Shown: positions 19,301-27,466 of the stretch, piece after piece
How the letters are laid out: every line of letters begins with the position of its first letter
How positions within the stretch are numbered: the stretch's first letter is position 1
Assembly (NCBI RefSeq): GCF_008065095.1
Contig: NZ_CP042911.1
Coordinates: 7,530,001 to 7,562,000 of the forward strand
DNA: 32,000 bases
Direction of reading: 5' to 3'
DNA from: Gemmata obscuriglobus
Lineage (GTDB): Bacteria; Planctomycetota; Planctomycetia; Gemmatales; Gemmataceae
Program-made: the position numbers and the translations under genes
The notes under the pieces: model-generated
What the model saw: the letters and a program-made list of their open reading frames with translations, nothing else
Database searches by the model: none
Told to the model about the DNA's origin: nothing

Positions 19301-22300
19301 TCAGTTGCCGGCAACCGGGCGCGCGTCCCAGACGCGGACCGCCCCGGTCCAAGAGTTGACGGCCAGGCGGGTGCCGTCCGGGCTGAACGCCACACGGGTT
19401 TCGTAGTTCCGCCCTTCGTTCAGCGGGTTGCCGTAAAGGGTCAGTACCTCCAAGCCCGAGGCCGGATCCCACAGCTGCACGCGGCCCTCGCACCCCACTG
19501 CGGCGAGGCGCGTGCCGTCCGGGCTGAACGTCACGTGGGTGAGTCGCGTCGGGCCGCGCAGGTCCCGGAGCAGCGCCCCCGTGTGAGCGTCCCAGACGCG
19601 GACCGCTTCATCCGCCCCCCGCCCTGCCGTTGCCACCCACCGCCCCTTCGGGTCGGTCGCCACGCTCTGGACCGGGCCGGGGTGGGCGGCCCACCGGCGC
19701 AACTGGCGGCCGGTGCCGACGTCCCACACACTCACGTGACCGTCCGCCCACTTACCCCGCGGGTCGCCCGCCGTGTGCGTCCCGCGCTCGCCCGCGACCA
19801 GCGTAGAGCCGTCGGCGCTGAACGCCAGCGCCTGAACCGGGCGCTCGCAAAGCAGTTCGGCCCGCTCGGGCTCGCCGCCCGGCTCGGGGAGGCGCCACAC
19901 GGCCACGACGCGCGTTTCGGCGGCGTCGAGTTCCCCGTGCGCGACGGCGAGCCGGCGACCGTCCGGGCTGAACGCCACGCACCGCACATCGGCCCGTCCC
20001 GGCAGAACGCAGACCGCTGTGCCGGTTCGCACGTCCGTCACCCGCACGTTTGTTGGCTTCTTCCGGTCCGGTCTCGCATCCAGGCGCCCGTCGGAGCTCA
20101 GCGCGATGTAGCCGAGCGGCCATTCGGGTCGCTCGTATGCCTGTAGCTGGTGGCGGAAGATGGGCCGGGCGGCCGCCAGATCGTAGCCCACGAACCCGAA
20201 CGTGCTCGCGACCGCCACCTGGTTTCCGTCAGTGGAAAAAGCGACCGATCGGTCGTCGTGCCAGACGTCCGGCTCGGCGGGCGGCAGTTCGAGCGCCCGC
20301 TGGTCGCGAGACACGTCCCACACCTTGATCAGCCCGTCCTCGTCGGCGGTGACCAGCCTCCGCCCGCTGGGGTGGTACGCAACCCGTGCGACCAGACCGG
20401 CGTGGCCGCGGAAGATGCGGTGCTCGCCCCCGTCCGGGACGCTCCACACGCGTGCCGTTCGGTCGGCGCTGCAACTGGCCACGAACCGGCCGTCCGGCGC
20501 CCAGCAGAGGCCGTACACCAGTCCCGCGTGGCCCCGCATGACGCACACCTCCCGCCCGGTCGGCGCGTCGACGACCCGGACGGTGCCGCCGAGAGCGGTC
20601 GCGAGGAACCGGCCGTCGGGTGAGAACGCCGCGATCTTGGTGTCTGAGGGGATCAGGTAGCGCCGAACCCCGGTGCCGACCTCCCACACCCCGATGTGCG
20701 ACTCGCCGAGGGGCTTACCCTTCGGTTTGGTCTCGCCCGCGGCGGCGAGGAGGGAGCCGTCGGGGCTCCAGTCGCACGCGCCGGCTGCCGAGTCGAACGG
20801 GGTCGCCAGGGCGCCCACCGGGGCGAACGTCTCCACGTCCAGCAGATCAATTTTGGTTAGATTCGGCACGGCGGCTACTCGCCCGTTCGGCGAGAGCGCC
20901 GCCACCGTGCCAATCCAATAGGGGGAGTTCCGGTACTCAGCGGACCTGTGCAGGCGCCCCGACGGGACGTCCCACGATCGGACCTTGCCGTCCGGACTGA
21001 GGGTGACGAGGCGTGTGCCGGTGGGGTCGAATGTGACCCCGTCGGCGCGCCCGTCGTGCCCGGCGATGTCGACGATTTTCCGGAAGGTGTTGCCGTCCCA
21101 AACGGCCAACTCGCCCGGATTCCGGTCCGGCTTTCTGCCGAGGTAGCCGCGCTCGCCGGCCGAAGAGGCGAGGAACCGGCCGTCGCGACTGAACGCCAAC
21201 CCGCACACGGGTTGACGGTGCGCCCGAAGGGTCACCACCTCGGAGTGGCACAGGCGCTTGAGGTAGTACCACTCCCAGCCGCGGCGGTCCGGCTGGTCGG
21301 GCCGGGGCGCGCACTGGTCGAGCAGGTGCTCGGCCCGCGCGACGTTGTTCGCCTCCCATTCGCGCTCGGCGAGGGCGATGCGGCTGGAGTACAGGTGCAG
21401 TTCCGCCCGCTCCCGCTGTTCGGCCTCGAGTCGGTGGGCCCGCGCCTCGCGCTCCCGCGCGGCCTCCGCCCCAATGTAGCTCCAGGTGACCCCGACCGTG
21501 CCGGTCGTGAACACGAGGAACAGGGCGGTCAGCAGCCCCGCCGGCGCGGGGTTCCGGCGGCACCACCGCCCGCAGCGCTCGAGCGGCCCGACGCGCCGCG
21601 CCTTGATCGCCCGGTTGGCCCGAAACAGCTCCAAGTCCTCGGCCAGTTCGAGCGCGCTGACGTACCGCTTGCGCGGCTCCTTCTCCAAACACTTCAGGCA
21701 GACGGTCTCCAGATCCCGGGGCATCTGAGGCTGCAGCCGGCGGGGCGGCACCGGCTCCTCGTGCAGCACCTGCATGACGGTTTCCACGGACGCGACGCCG
21801 CGGAACGGCGGGCGCCCGGTCAGCAACTGGTACAGGATCGCGCCCAGCGCGTACACGTCCGCGGCGGCCCCGACCTCCTGGCTCTTTCCCCGGGCCTGCT
21901 CGGGGGCCATATAACTGGGCGTTCCAAGGGCCGCACCGGTCTGGGTGCGGCTCGCCTCGCCGAGCCGCTTGGCAAGGCCGAAATCGGTGATCTTGGGCGT
22001 CACCTCGGCGAGTGGGGCTGCTGGCCCCCCGTCCGCGTGGAGGAGGATGTTCGCCGGTTTGAGGTCGCGGTGAACGATCCCGTGCTGGTGGGCGTGGTGG
22101 ACGGCCCGGGCCAGGCTCTCGACCAGTGCCGCCGCCACGACGGGCGGTTGGGGGGCGCCGCCGAGCCGCTCCTCAAGACTGCCCCCTTCGACGTATTCGA
22201 GGGCGAGGAACTGGCAGCCGTCCCGCTCGCCGATCTCATAAACCTGGACGATGTTGGGGTGCTGCAGGGCCGCCACGGCCTCGGCCTCGGTGCGGAAGCG

Positions 22301-22747
22301 GGCGCGCTCGTCGGGGGAAGCGTCTGCGCCGGTGAGGAGCAGCTTGAGCGCGACCGTGCGCTTGAGCCGCGGGTCCAGGGCCTTGAACACGACCCCGACC
22401 CCGCCGCGGCCGATCCGCTCCAGGATCTCGTACCCGGGCACGGCCGGGGGCGGGTCGTGCCCGCCCAAGGGCCACAGTGGCCCCCGGAGCGCGACCCGCG
22501 TCAGCGTGCTGCCCGGGGCCAACATGTCGCTGAGCCGGCGGAGGAACCCCGGCCGCGGCTCGTCCCCGCTGGTGTGGCACGGGGCACGGAACAGGCGGCC
22601 CACGTCCGGCCCGGTGCCGACCAGTTCGCCGAGGGCCTTCTGGCACGCCGGACACGACTCGACGTGGTCGGCGACGGCCGCCGTGCGCTCGCCGAGGCGC
22701 TCGTCCAGGAACTGCCGGAGCTCGTCGACGGGGGGGCACGTGCGCAT
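19301..22747 (-). CDS. ZAS-type anti-sigma domain / Ser-Thr protein kinase / TM / WD40 beta-propeller protein
   Basis: MRTCPPVDELRQFLDERLGERTAAVADHVESCPAC carries H-x3-C-x2-C. Kinase motifs: GRGGVGVVFKA, VALK, HRDLKPANILL, DFGLAK, GTPSYMAPE. TM segment LLTALFLVFTTGTVGVTW. About 640 aa of WD40-like repeats follow (..VWD., ..SWD.). ATG 22747 lies inside track ORF 19301..22918. Confidence 0.9.
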   Translation of the reverse strand: MRTCPPVDELRQFLDERLGERTAAVADHVESCPACQKALGELVGTGPDVGRLFRAPCHTSGDEPRPGFLRRLSDMLAPGSTLTRVALRGPLWPLGGHDPPPAVPGYEILERIGRGGVGVVFKALDPRLKRTVALKLLLTGADASPDERARFRTEAEAVAALQHPNIVQVYEIGERDGCQFLALEYVEGGSLEERLGGAPQPPVVAAALVESLARAVHHAHQHGIVHRDLKPANILLHADGGPAAPLAEVTPKITDFGLAKRLGEASRTQTGAALGTPSYMAPEQARGKSQEVGAAADVYALGAILYQLLTGRPPFRGVASVETVMQVLHEEPVPPRRLQPQMPRDLETVCLKCLEKEPRKRYVSALELAEDLELFRANRAIKARRVGPLERCGRWCRRNPAPAGLLTALFLVFTTGTVGVTWSYIGAEAAREREARAHRLEAEQRERAELHLYSSRIALAEREWEANNVARAEHLLDQCAPRPDQPDRRGWEWYYLKRLCHSEVVTLRAHRQPVCGLAFSRDGRFLASSAGERGYLGRKPDRNPGELAVWDGNTFRKIVDIAGHDGRADGVTFDPTGTRLVTLSPDGKVRSWDVPSGRLHRSAEYRNSPYWIGTVAALSPNGRVAAVPNLTKIDLLDVETFAPVGALATPFDSAAGACDWSPDGSLLAAAGETKPKGKPLGESHIGVWEVGTGVRRYLIPSDTKIAAFSPDGRFLATALGGTVRVVDAPTGREVCVMRGHAGLVYGLCWAPDGRFVASCSADRTARVWSVPDGGEHRIFRGHAGLVARVAYHPSGRRLVTADEDGLIKVWDVSRDQRALELPPAEPDVWHDDRSVAFSTDGNQVAVASTFGFVGYDLAAARPIFRHQLQAYERPEWPLGYIALSSDGRLDARPDRKKPTNVRVTDVRTGTAVCVLPGRADVRCVAFSPDGRRLAVAHGELDAAETRVVAVWRLPEPGGEPERAELLCERPVQALAFSADGSTLVAGERGTHTAGDPRGKWADGHVSVWDVGTGRQLRRWAAHPGPVQSVATDPKGRWVATAGRGADEAVRVWDAHTGALLRDLRGPTRLTHVTFSPDGTRLAAVGCEGRVQLWDPASGLEVLTLYGNPLNEGRNYETRVAFSPDGTRLAVNSWTGAVRVWDARPVAGN

Positions 22748-22764
22748 CGTTCGGCCGCGCGGCG

Positions 22765-23367
22765 TCAGTCGCGCCCCTCGAGTTGACGAATCTCTTCGTG
22801 GAGCATCTTTTGCACACGGCTCTTGGCCACGTAGACCATGCCGACGGGCATTCCGAGAGTGGCCGCCACCTCGGCCCCAGAAACGTCCTGAAGAGCGAGC
22901 AGCTGGAACGCCCGCCACGTCCGCGTCTCAACGCGCTGGGCCACCCGCAGCATCGCCAATTCCAACAACTCGTAGTCGAATTCCTCTTCCAGCTTGGCCG
23001 CTAAATCGTCGCGTGCCTCCACGGAGTGGAGCACCCCCAGCGTGTCGCTGTCCCCGGTGCCGCCGCCCGGCCGCTGCTGGCTCGTGACGTACTTGGCCCA
23101 GGCGTGATGCGCGACGGTCTTGAGCCACGCCCGAAAGCTGCCGGCGGGGTCGTACTCGAACTCGCGCAGCTTGCTCGCGAGGATCAGCAGGACGCTCTGG
23201 GTCACGTCTTCGGCGTCCGCTTCTTGGAGCTGCCACTGCCGGCACCACACGTAGATCCGCCGCCCGTACCGCTGAACGAAGTTCCCCCACGCCACCTGGT
23301 CAGTAGGGGCCTGTTGCAACCGCCGCAGCAGACTCAAATCGGTGCCGCTAGCGAACTGCTGGTCCAT
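22765..23367 (-). CDS. ECF-type sigma-70 family sigma factor (kinase-associated)
   Basis: MDQQFASGTDLSLLRRLQQAPTDQVAWGNFVQRYGRRIYVWC... Region 4 reads RTWRAFQLLALQDVSGAEVAATLGMPVGMVYVAKSRVQKML. The stop lies 17 nt before the kinase ATG. ATG 23367 lies inside track ORF 22765..23571. Confidence 0.9.
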   Translation of the reverse strand: MDQQFASGTDLSLLRRLQQAPTDQVAWGNFVQRYGRRIYVWCRQWQLQEADAEDVTQSVLLILASKLREFEYDPAGSFRAWLKTVAHHAWAKYVTSQQRPGGGTGDSDTLGVLHSVEARDDLAAKLEEEFDYELLELAMLRVAQRVETRTWRAFQLLALQDVSGAEVAATLGMPVGMVYVAKSRVQKMLHEEIRQLEGRD

Positions 23368-23905
23368 CCTCAATAGCCCCCGGGTCGCGAAAACCTTGCG
23401 CTGATTTTCCGAGGGCGAGCCCGCGCCCGCAAATTGGAAAACTCCGGACCGGCCAATTGCGCTGTAGGATTTCCACCTCGGCTGCTCAATTTCCCGACAC
23501 TTCGGCGGGCGTTTGGACGCCCTCGCATTCCGGAAGCCGCACTGTGAGAACGGGCAGGGCATGTGCAACACCTGTCCGCGTCTCCAGACGCACCAGGGAC
23601 CGCGCCGTAACCGGATCGAACGCCTCGTCGAACGCCCCAGTCGCGATCATGATAACATTATTGCACACATATTATCACACGGGCACTTCATAAGCTGCCG
23701 GGTACCGGTGTGATCGGTCCACACGAGGCGACCGGGGCCAGATTGCTTGTGAAGCAAATACGACGGGGTGAGATTGCAACGTGGGGACACTGGTGCGGTT
23801 CCTCTTCATGTTCTGTGGAATGATTACACAGAACGCGAAGAGGAGCCGCGTCCGGAATCCTCCGGAGCAAGCGGAAAATGCAGCAGCTAAAGGACTTACG
23901 GCCAG

Positions 23906-23947
23906 TGGGTCCGGTGGGAGTCGAACCCACTTCCAAGGTGTTATGAG
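23906..23947 (-). tRNA. tRNA-Met(CAU) 3' half only (anticodon loop to discriminator); not a functional tRNA, likely att remnant
   Basis: The minus strand reads CTCATAA CACCT TGGAA GTGGG TTCGACT CCCAC CGGACCC A. The T arm is perfect. The complementary 5' acceptor strand GGGTCCG, the D arm and the 5' anticodon stem are absent upstream. Confidence 0.55.
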
Positions 23948-23958
23948 GACAATACACC

Positions 23959-23997
23959 AATCGCCGATTGTACTGTATTTATAGGCGATCGGCGATT
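23959..23997. repeat. 10-bp inverted repeat around an AT-rich 19-nt spacer next to the tRNA fragment
   Basis: AATCGCCGAT (23959-23968) pairs with ATCGGCGATT (23988-23997). The spacer is TGTACTGTATTTATAGGCG. Confidence 0.7.
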
Positions 23998-24018
23998 TTA
24001 TGCCATCTCGCTTGCCGC

Positions 24019-24282
24019 CTAGCTTGCCGGACTACTTCCGGTCACGCTGGCCCGTTGAAGTATCGCCCCTTTCATCGTCCGCTCCGCGAACAGCACCTCG
24101 ACCTCTACCCCGTGCCGCTCGTCGCCCATCGCCGCAAGCGCGGCTTCGCGCCATCCGGGATACCGCTCGTCGAGCCACCCCCGCAGCCGCACGAGCACTT
24201 CGCGCGTCGTCAGATCGAGCAGATGCGGGTGCCCCTCGGTCCACAGAGTAAATTCGGCGACGACGCGGGCGATCGATTCCAC
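24019..24282 (-). CDS. Hypothetical protein (87 aa), last gene of the polymerase cassette
   Basis: GTG 24282 has AGGAG 7 nt upstream. Translation: (M)ESIARVVAEFTLWTEGHPHLLDLTTREVLVRLRGWLDERYPGW... This is the tail of track ORF 24019..24684, whose upstream part is antisense to the SRAP-like gene. Confidence 0.45.
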   Translation of the reverse strand: MESIARVVAEFTLWTEGHPHLLDLTTREVLVRLRGWLDERYPGWREAALAAMGDERHGVEVEVLFAERTMKGAILQRASVTGSSPAS

Positions 24283-24359
24283 AGTGTTGCTCCTGGTGAA
24301 GGGGGAGAAGGTAACGCGCCAGTATGTGACGCGCGAATCACCGTTGCGGGTTGGGCGTG

Positions 24360-24827
24360 TCAGATCACCTGCCCCTCCAGAACCGGCATCCACTCCGCGC
24401 TGCACATCACCCCGTAGTAGCGCGTGGCCGGCTCGGTGATCAGGTACACCACCGGCGCCCCGGCCTGGTCGCGCACGAGCAGCCCCCGGAGCCCTACCTT
24501 GACCTTGTACCAGACGCCGTTCATCATCCCGAACGAGGTCGGTACCAGCACCGGCTCGGGTTCGAGCGCGGCCCATTTCCCTTCTTCCACCGTTTCTTTC
24601 CAGGTCCACCCGGTCGGGGGCAGCATGCGCTCGCGTCGGTCCTTGTTTCCCCAGCGCACGACCTGGAGCCGCCCGTTCCACCACACCGGCAGCAAGGTCG
24701 GTGTCGCCCGATAATAGAACCGCACCTCGGGCTCACCGCCCCTCTTGTGGACGCGGTCCGTAAGCCCGTGCCCTTCAACGAGCGTGGTCGGCAGCTCGCT
24801 GAGCGCGAGCGCGATGGCGACACACAC
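24360..24827 (-). CDS. Short, divergent SRAP (SOS response-associated peptidase, DUF159)-like protein
   Basis: GTG start followed by Cys2 (MCVAIA...), with GAGGG 8 nt upstream. It shows the SRAP order of motifs: LQVVRWG ; PVLVPTSFG..NGVWYKV ; VVYLITEPAT...WMPVL. It is only 155 aa. The His of the usual H-x-R-M-P motif is not present (SAEWMP). Confidence 0.4.
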   Translation of the reverse strand: MCVAIALALSELPTTLVEGHGLTDRVHKRGGEPEVRFYYRATPTLLPVWWNGRLQVVRWGNKDRRERMLPPTGWTWKETVEEGKWAALEPEPVLVPTSFGMMNGVWYKVKVGLRGLLVRDQAGAPVVYLITEPATRYYGVMCSAEWMPVLEGQVI

Positions 24828-24839
24828 GACAGCGCCCTC

Positions 24840-26063
24840 TCAAAAGCAGACCTTGCCCCGCACGTCACAGATGTCGAAATCGGTGGCCGGGTCGCGATAC
24901 ACCTTCGGTAGGAACAGGGTCGCCCCGCTCCGCACTTTGAACCGCCCGTACCGCGCGTTGATGGCCTCCTTCGCAGAGGCTACCGCGTCGAGTTTCGGCT
25001 TCGGTTCGTCGAACAGCGTCAGCTGGATGCCCCTCCCGCGACGCAGTTCCGGCGCGATCACGTGCATGTGCGTGGCCGTCGCGTGTGGCACGTAGGCCCG
25101 GCGCAGCGCGGTGCGGGCGGCGTCGAGGAGCTCGTCGAACCGGTCCGACGCCGTGGGCAACCGGCACCCCCCGCCCGTCTCGCCGCCGCCCTTCCACGCC
25201 AAGGAGATCGCCAGCGCGTCGGTGCGCACGTTGTGGTATCGGAGCTCCTCGATCAGCCGCTCCAGGTTGCGCACCGTCCAGGCCCACAGCTGCGCGGGGT
25301 CGCTCACGTCGCCCATCAGGCTCCCGCCGCGGGTGAGGACTTGGTGCGGTGCCCGCTCGGGGCGGATCGGGAGCACCTGGGTGCCGTTCAGTTCGAGCCA
25401 GATCTCGTAGCCCGTTTTCGTGAGCAGCTTGTTCACGAGCCGGCCGTCCGCGTCCGCCAGGTCCAGGCAGGTGCGGATGCCGTAGGGCGCGAGTCGCACG
25501 GCGCGGCGCCCCGCGATGCCCGAGATCTCGGTCACCGGCATTCGCGAGAGCAGCTCCCGCTCGTGCTCCCGGTTCAAGACGGCCACCGCGCCGAACGGCT
25601 TGCCGGTGTCGCTGAACAGCTTGGCCAGCGTCCGCGTGCGCGCCACCCCGATCGTCACGGGCAGTCCCGCCACCGCCAGGATGTGGTCGCGGATCTTCGT
25701 CGCCGTCTCCGCCAGGCTCGTGCGGTGCGAGAGTTCGCGGCACTCAAAAAAGAACTCGTCGATCGAGTAGTACTCGACGCTCGGGGCGAACGATCCCACG
25801 ATGCCGAGCATCTTGCGGGAGAGCACCTCGTACCAGTAGAAGTCCCGCTTCATGTACACGCCGTCGGAGCAGAGCTTCTTGGCTTCCCAGATCGGCGTGC
25901 CCGTCTTCACCCCGTCGCGCTTCATCTCGTAGCTCTTCGCGATCACACACGCGCCGTTATTGCCCAGCACTCCGACGGGCTTGCCTTCCAGTTCCGGATG
26001 CCGCACCCGCTCGGCCGAAACGTAGAAACAGTCCGCGTCGAGATGAGCGATAAATCCGGGCAT
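24840..26063 (-). CDS. Y-family DNA polymerase, UmuC-like
   Basis: FIAHLDADCFYVSAERV (catalytic D..FY), KPVGVLGNNGACVIAKSYE (UmuC-like LSNNDGCVIA), YYSIDEFFFE (SIDE catalytic motif). 407 aa. Confidence 0.9.
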   Translation of the reverse strand: MPGFIAHLDADCFYVSAERVRHPELEGKPVGVLGNNGACVIAKSYEMKRDGVKTGTPIWEAKKLCSDGVYMKRDFYWYEVLSRKMLGIVGSFAPSVEYYSIDEFFFECRELSHRTSLAETATKIRDHILAVAGLPVTIGVARTRTLAKLFSDTGKPFGAVAVLNREHERELLSRMPVTEISGIAGRRAVRLAPYGIRTCLDLADADGRLVNKLLTKTGYEIWLELNGTQVLPIRPERAPHQVLTRGGSLMGDVSDPAQLWAWTVRNLERLIEELRYHNVRTDALAISLAWKGGGETGGGCRLPTASDRFDELLDAARTALRRAYVPHATATHMHVIAPELRRGRGIQLTLFDEPKPKLDAVASAKEAINARYGRFKVRSGATLFLPKVYRDPATDFDICDVRGKVCF

Positions 26064-26254
26064 AGCGATTCTTTGGGTTAATGCGGCGGGCCGGGTTGTC
26101 GCGCCCAGTGCCTGTGCTTGAATATGGCCACGCGTACACTATTGGTCAATTGGGGTACGTGTTCCGGTGCGTTCCGGGTGTGGCTGTGGCGGACGAGTCA
26201 CCACGAGTGCGGGCAGCCCGGCTGGTCCGTGAGCTACTTGACGTGTGTGCGTCG

Positions 26255-26614
26255 ATGGACGCGGTCCCGACTTTCCGGGTCGTCGACGCGAGAGGACGGG
26301 CCGCGGTCCTCGTGCAAATGTGGGACGCCCGGTCGATGATGCCGACGGCCGACATTGAAAAGCGGCGGCCCGCAGAGGCGCGAGACATGTGCCGCGCGGA
26401 CATTATGGACGTGATGCGGGCGACCCCGGGGCCGAAGACCCGGAAGGATATCAACCGCCTGCTCAAAGAAGCGGGCCGTCAGCACGGGCCGGGAACCGTT
26501 GCAAAGGCTCTCGCAGAGCTAACGAAGAGCGGGGATCTGGTAAACCCACAAGACAAGAAGGGCTATCGGCTCGGCGGGTGGCGACGCGATCAAACGCCGA
26601 GCCTGTTCGACTGA
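26255..26614 (+). CDS. Hypothetical winged-helix-like protein
   Basis: The C-terminal part ADIMDVMRATPGPKTRKDINRLLKEAGRQHGPGTVAKALAELTKSGDLVNPQDKKGYRL looks like a wHTH. The track start at 26081 would leave only 17 bp to the divergent polymerase gene, and its early codons are A/T-ending. I therefore prefer ATG 26255, but the start is uncertain. Confidence 0.4.
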   Translation: MDAVPTFRVVDARGRAAVLVQMWDARSMMPTADIEKRRPAEARDMCRADIMDVMRATPGPKTRKDINRLLKEAGRQHGPGTVAKALAELTKSGDLVNPQDKKGYRLGGWRRDQTPSLFD

Positions 26615-26696
26615 CCGCGAGCGCAAGTTGCGCACCGGGTGGCAACCCGGATGCGCACACCTCTTGCTCACAAATCGCTACTCGGGCGCCGTGCGG

Positions 26697-26933
26697 TCAC
26701 GGGGTCGCGCCGACGCCCCCGGCCGGGGTCGTCGTCGGCAGCTTGATGAGGCCGAGCTGGATCAGCAGGGCGAGCAGCTTCGGGCCGTACTCGCCGATCA
26801 GCCGCAGCAGGGTGCCGTCGCCGATCGCCTCGGCGCCGACCGGCGCGTCGCCGGGCATCGGGGCTGCGGCGGGCTGGAACGCGTCGGGCGGGAGCGGCGC
26901 GGGGGCGTGAACGTGGAAGTGGACCTGGATCAT
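26697..26933 (-). CDS. Hypothetical protein (78 aa), last ORF of the leftward operon
   Basis: ATG 26933 has GAGGAG 7 nt upstream. Translation: MIQVHFHVHAPAPLPPDAF...GTLLRLIGEYGPKLLALLIQLGLIKLP... This is the tail of track ORF 26697..27347. Confidence 0.4.
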   Translation of the reverse strand: MIQVHFHVHAPAPLPPDAFQPAAAPMPGDAPVGAEAIGDGTLLRLIGEYGPKLLALLIQLGLIKLPTTTPAGGVGATP

Positions 26934-26998
26934 GTCGGGCTCCTCAAGAGCGGGCGAAGGGGGACGGGGTGCGGGCGCCCGCACCTCCGGGGCGAACG

Positions 26999-27466
26999 CT
27001 ACTTGACCGGGATCACGAGCCGCTGCTGCGGGAGCGGGCACCGCCCGTTCGGGCAGCCCGGGGCGAGCGAGTAGCCGGGCAAGACGGTCGGCGCCCCGGG
27101 GTCGGCGTGCCGGTAGGTGCCGTCGCCGTTGGGCAACAGCACCCGCCCCGACACGGACACCAGCGCCCCGGCGGGGAGCGCGGCCGTGGGGTGCGGGGAC
27201 GCGCTCACGTCCAGGCCCGGCGCCGGCGGCACCGGACACACCCCACCGGGACACGAGCCGTCGGGGCACGAGCCGTCGGGGCAGGCGCCGCACGGCGGGA
27301 CCGCCGCGGACAGCCGCGCCGGCTCGGCGGACGGGCACGCGCCGCACACGCCCTGGCGGGCCGCGCGGCGCTCGCGCAGGCGGTCGAGGATCGGGCCGGC
27401 GAGCACGTCGCCGGCGAACAGCCCCGCGACCACGGCGACCGCGGCGAAGCGAATCAGGTTGCGCAT
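26999..27466 (-). CDS. Secreted Cys/Pro-rich protein (155 aa)
   Basis: MRNLIRFAAVAVVAGLFAGDVLAG is a signal peptide. It is followed by CGACP...CGACPDGSCPDGSCPGGVCP...GCPNGRCP. ATG 27466 lies inside track ORF 26999..27796. Confidence 0.6.
   Translation of the reverse strand: MRNLIRFAAVAVVAGLFAGDVLAGPILDRLRERRAARQGVCGACPSAEPARLSAAVPPCGACPDGSCPDGSCPGGVCPVPPAPGLDVSASPHPTAALPAGALVSVSGRVLLPNGDGTYRHADPGAPTVLPGYSLAPGCPNGRCPLPQQRLVIPVK
27252..27281 (-). repeat. Perfect 15-bp in-frame tandem duplication inside the Cys-rich gene
   Basis: CACGAGCCGTCGGGG occurs at 27252-27266 and 27267-27281 (+ strand). It encodes the doubled CPDGS unit. Confidence 0.95.

Noticed and set aside
20948-22786. 612-aa + strand ORF
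   Set aside because: It is antisense to the kinase/WD40 gene, whose Hanks motifs are unambiguous on the minus strand.
23906-23981. A complete tRNA gene on the minus strand
   Set aside because: The T arm and 3' acceptor strand are perfect. However, the sequence where the 5' acceptor strand should be (rc of 23975-23981 = TAAATAC) cannot pair with CGGACCC. No D arm exists, and the 5' anticodon-stem strand (TTGTC) does not pair with CACCT.
23971-23988. E. coli-type SOS box (TACTGTAT...) near the polymerase cassette
   Set aside because: CTGT is followed after 8 nt by GCGA rather than ACAG, so only a half-site is present. It also lies at the 3' end of the cassette, not its promoter.
26081-26254. 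Upstream start (ATG 26081) for the winged-helix ORF
   Set aside because: It would leave only 17 bp for two divergent promoters. The first ~35 codons use many A/T-ending codons (TAT, ACT, ATT, GGT, CAA, TTG), which is atypical for genes here. This is not excluded, only disfavoured.
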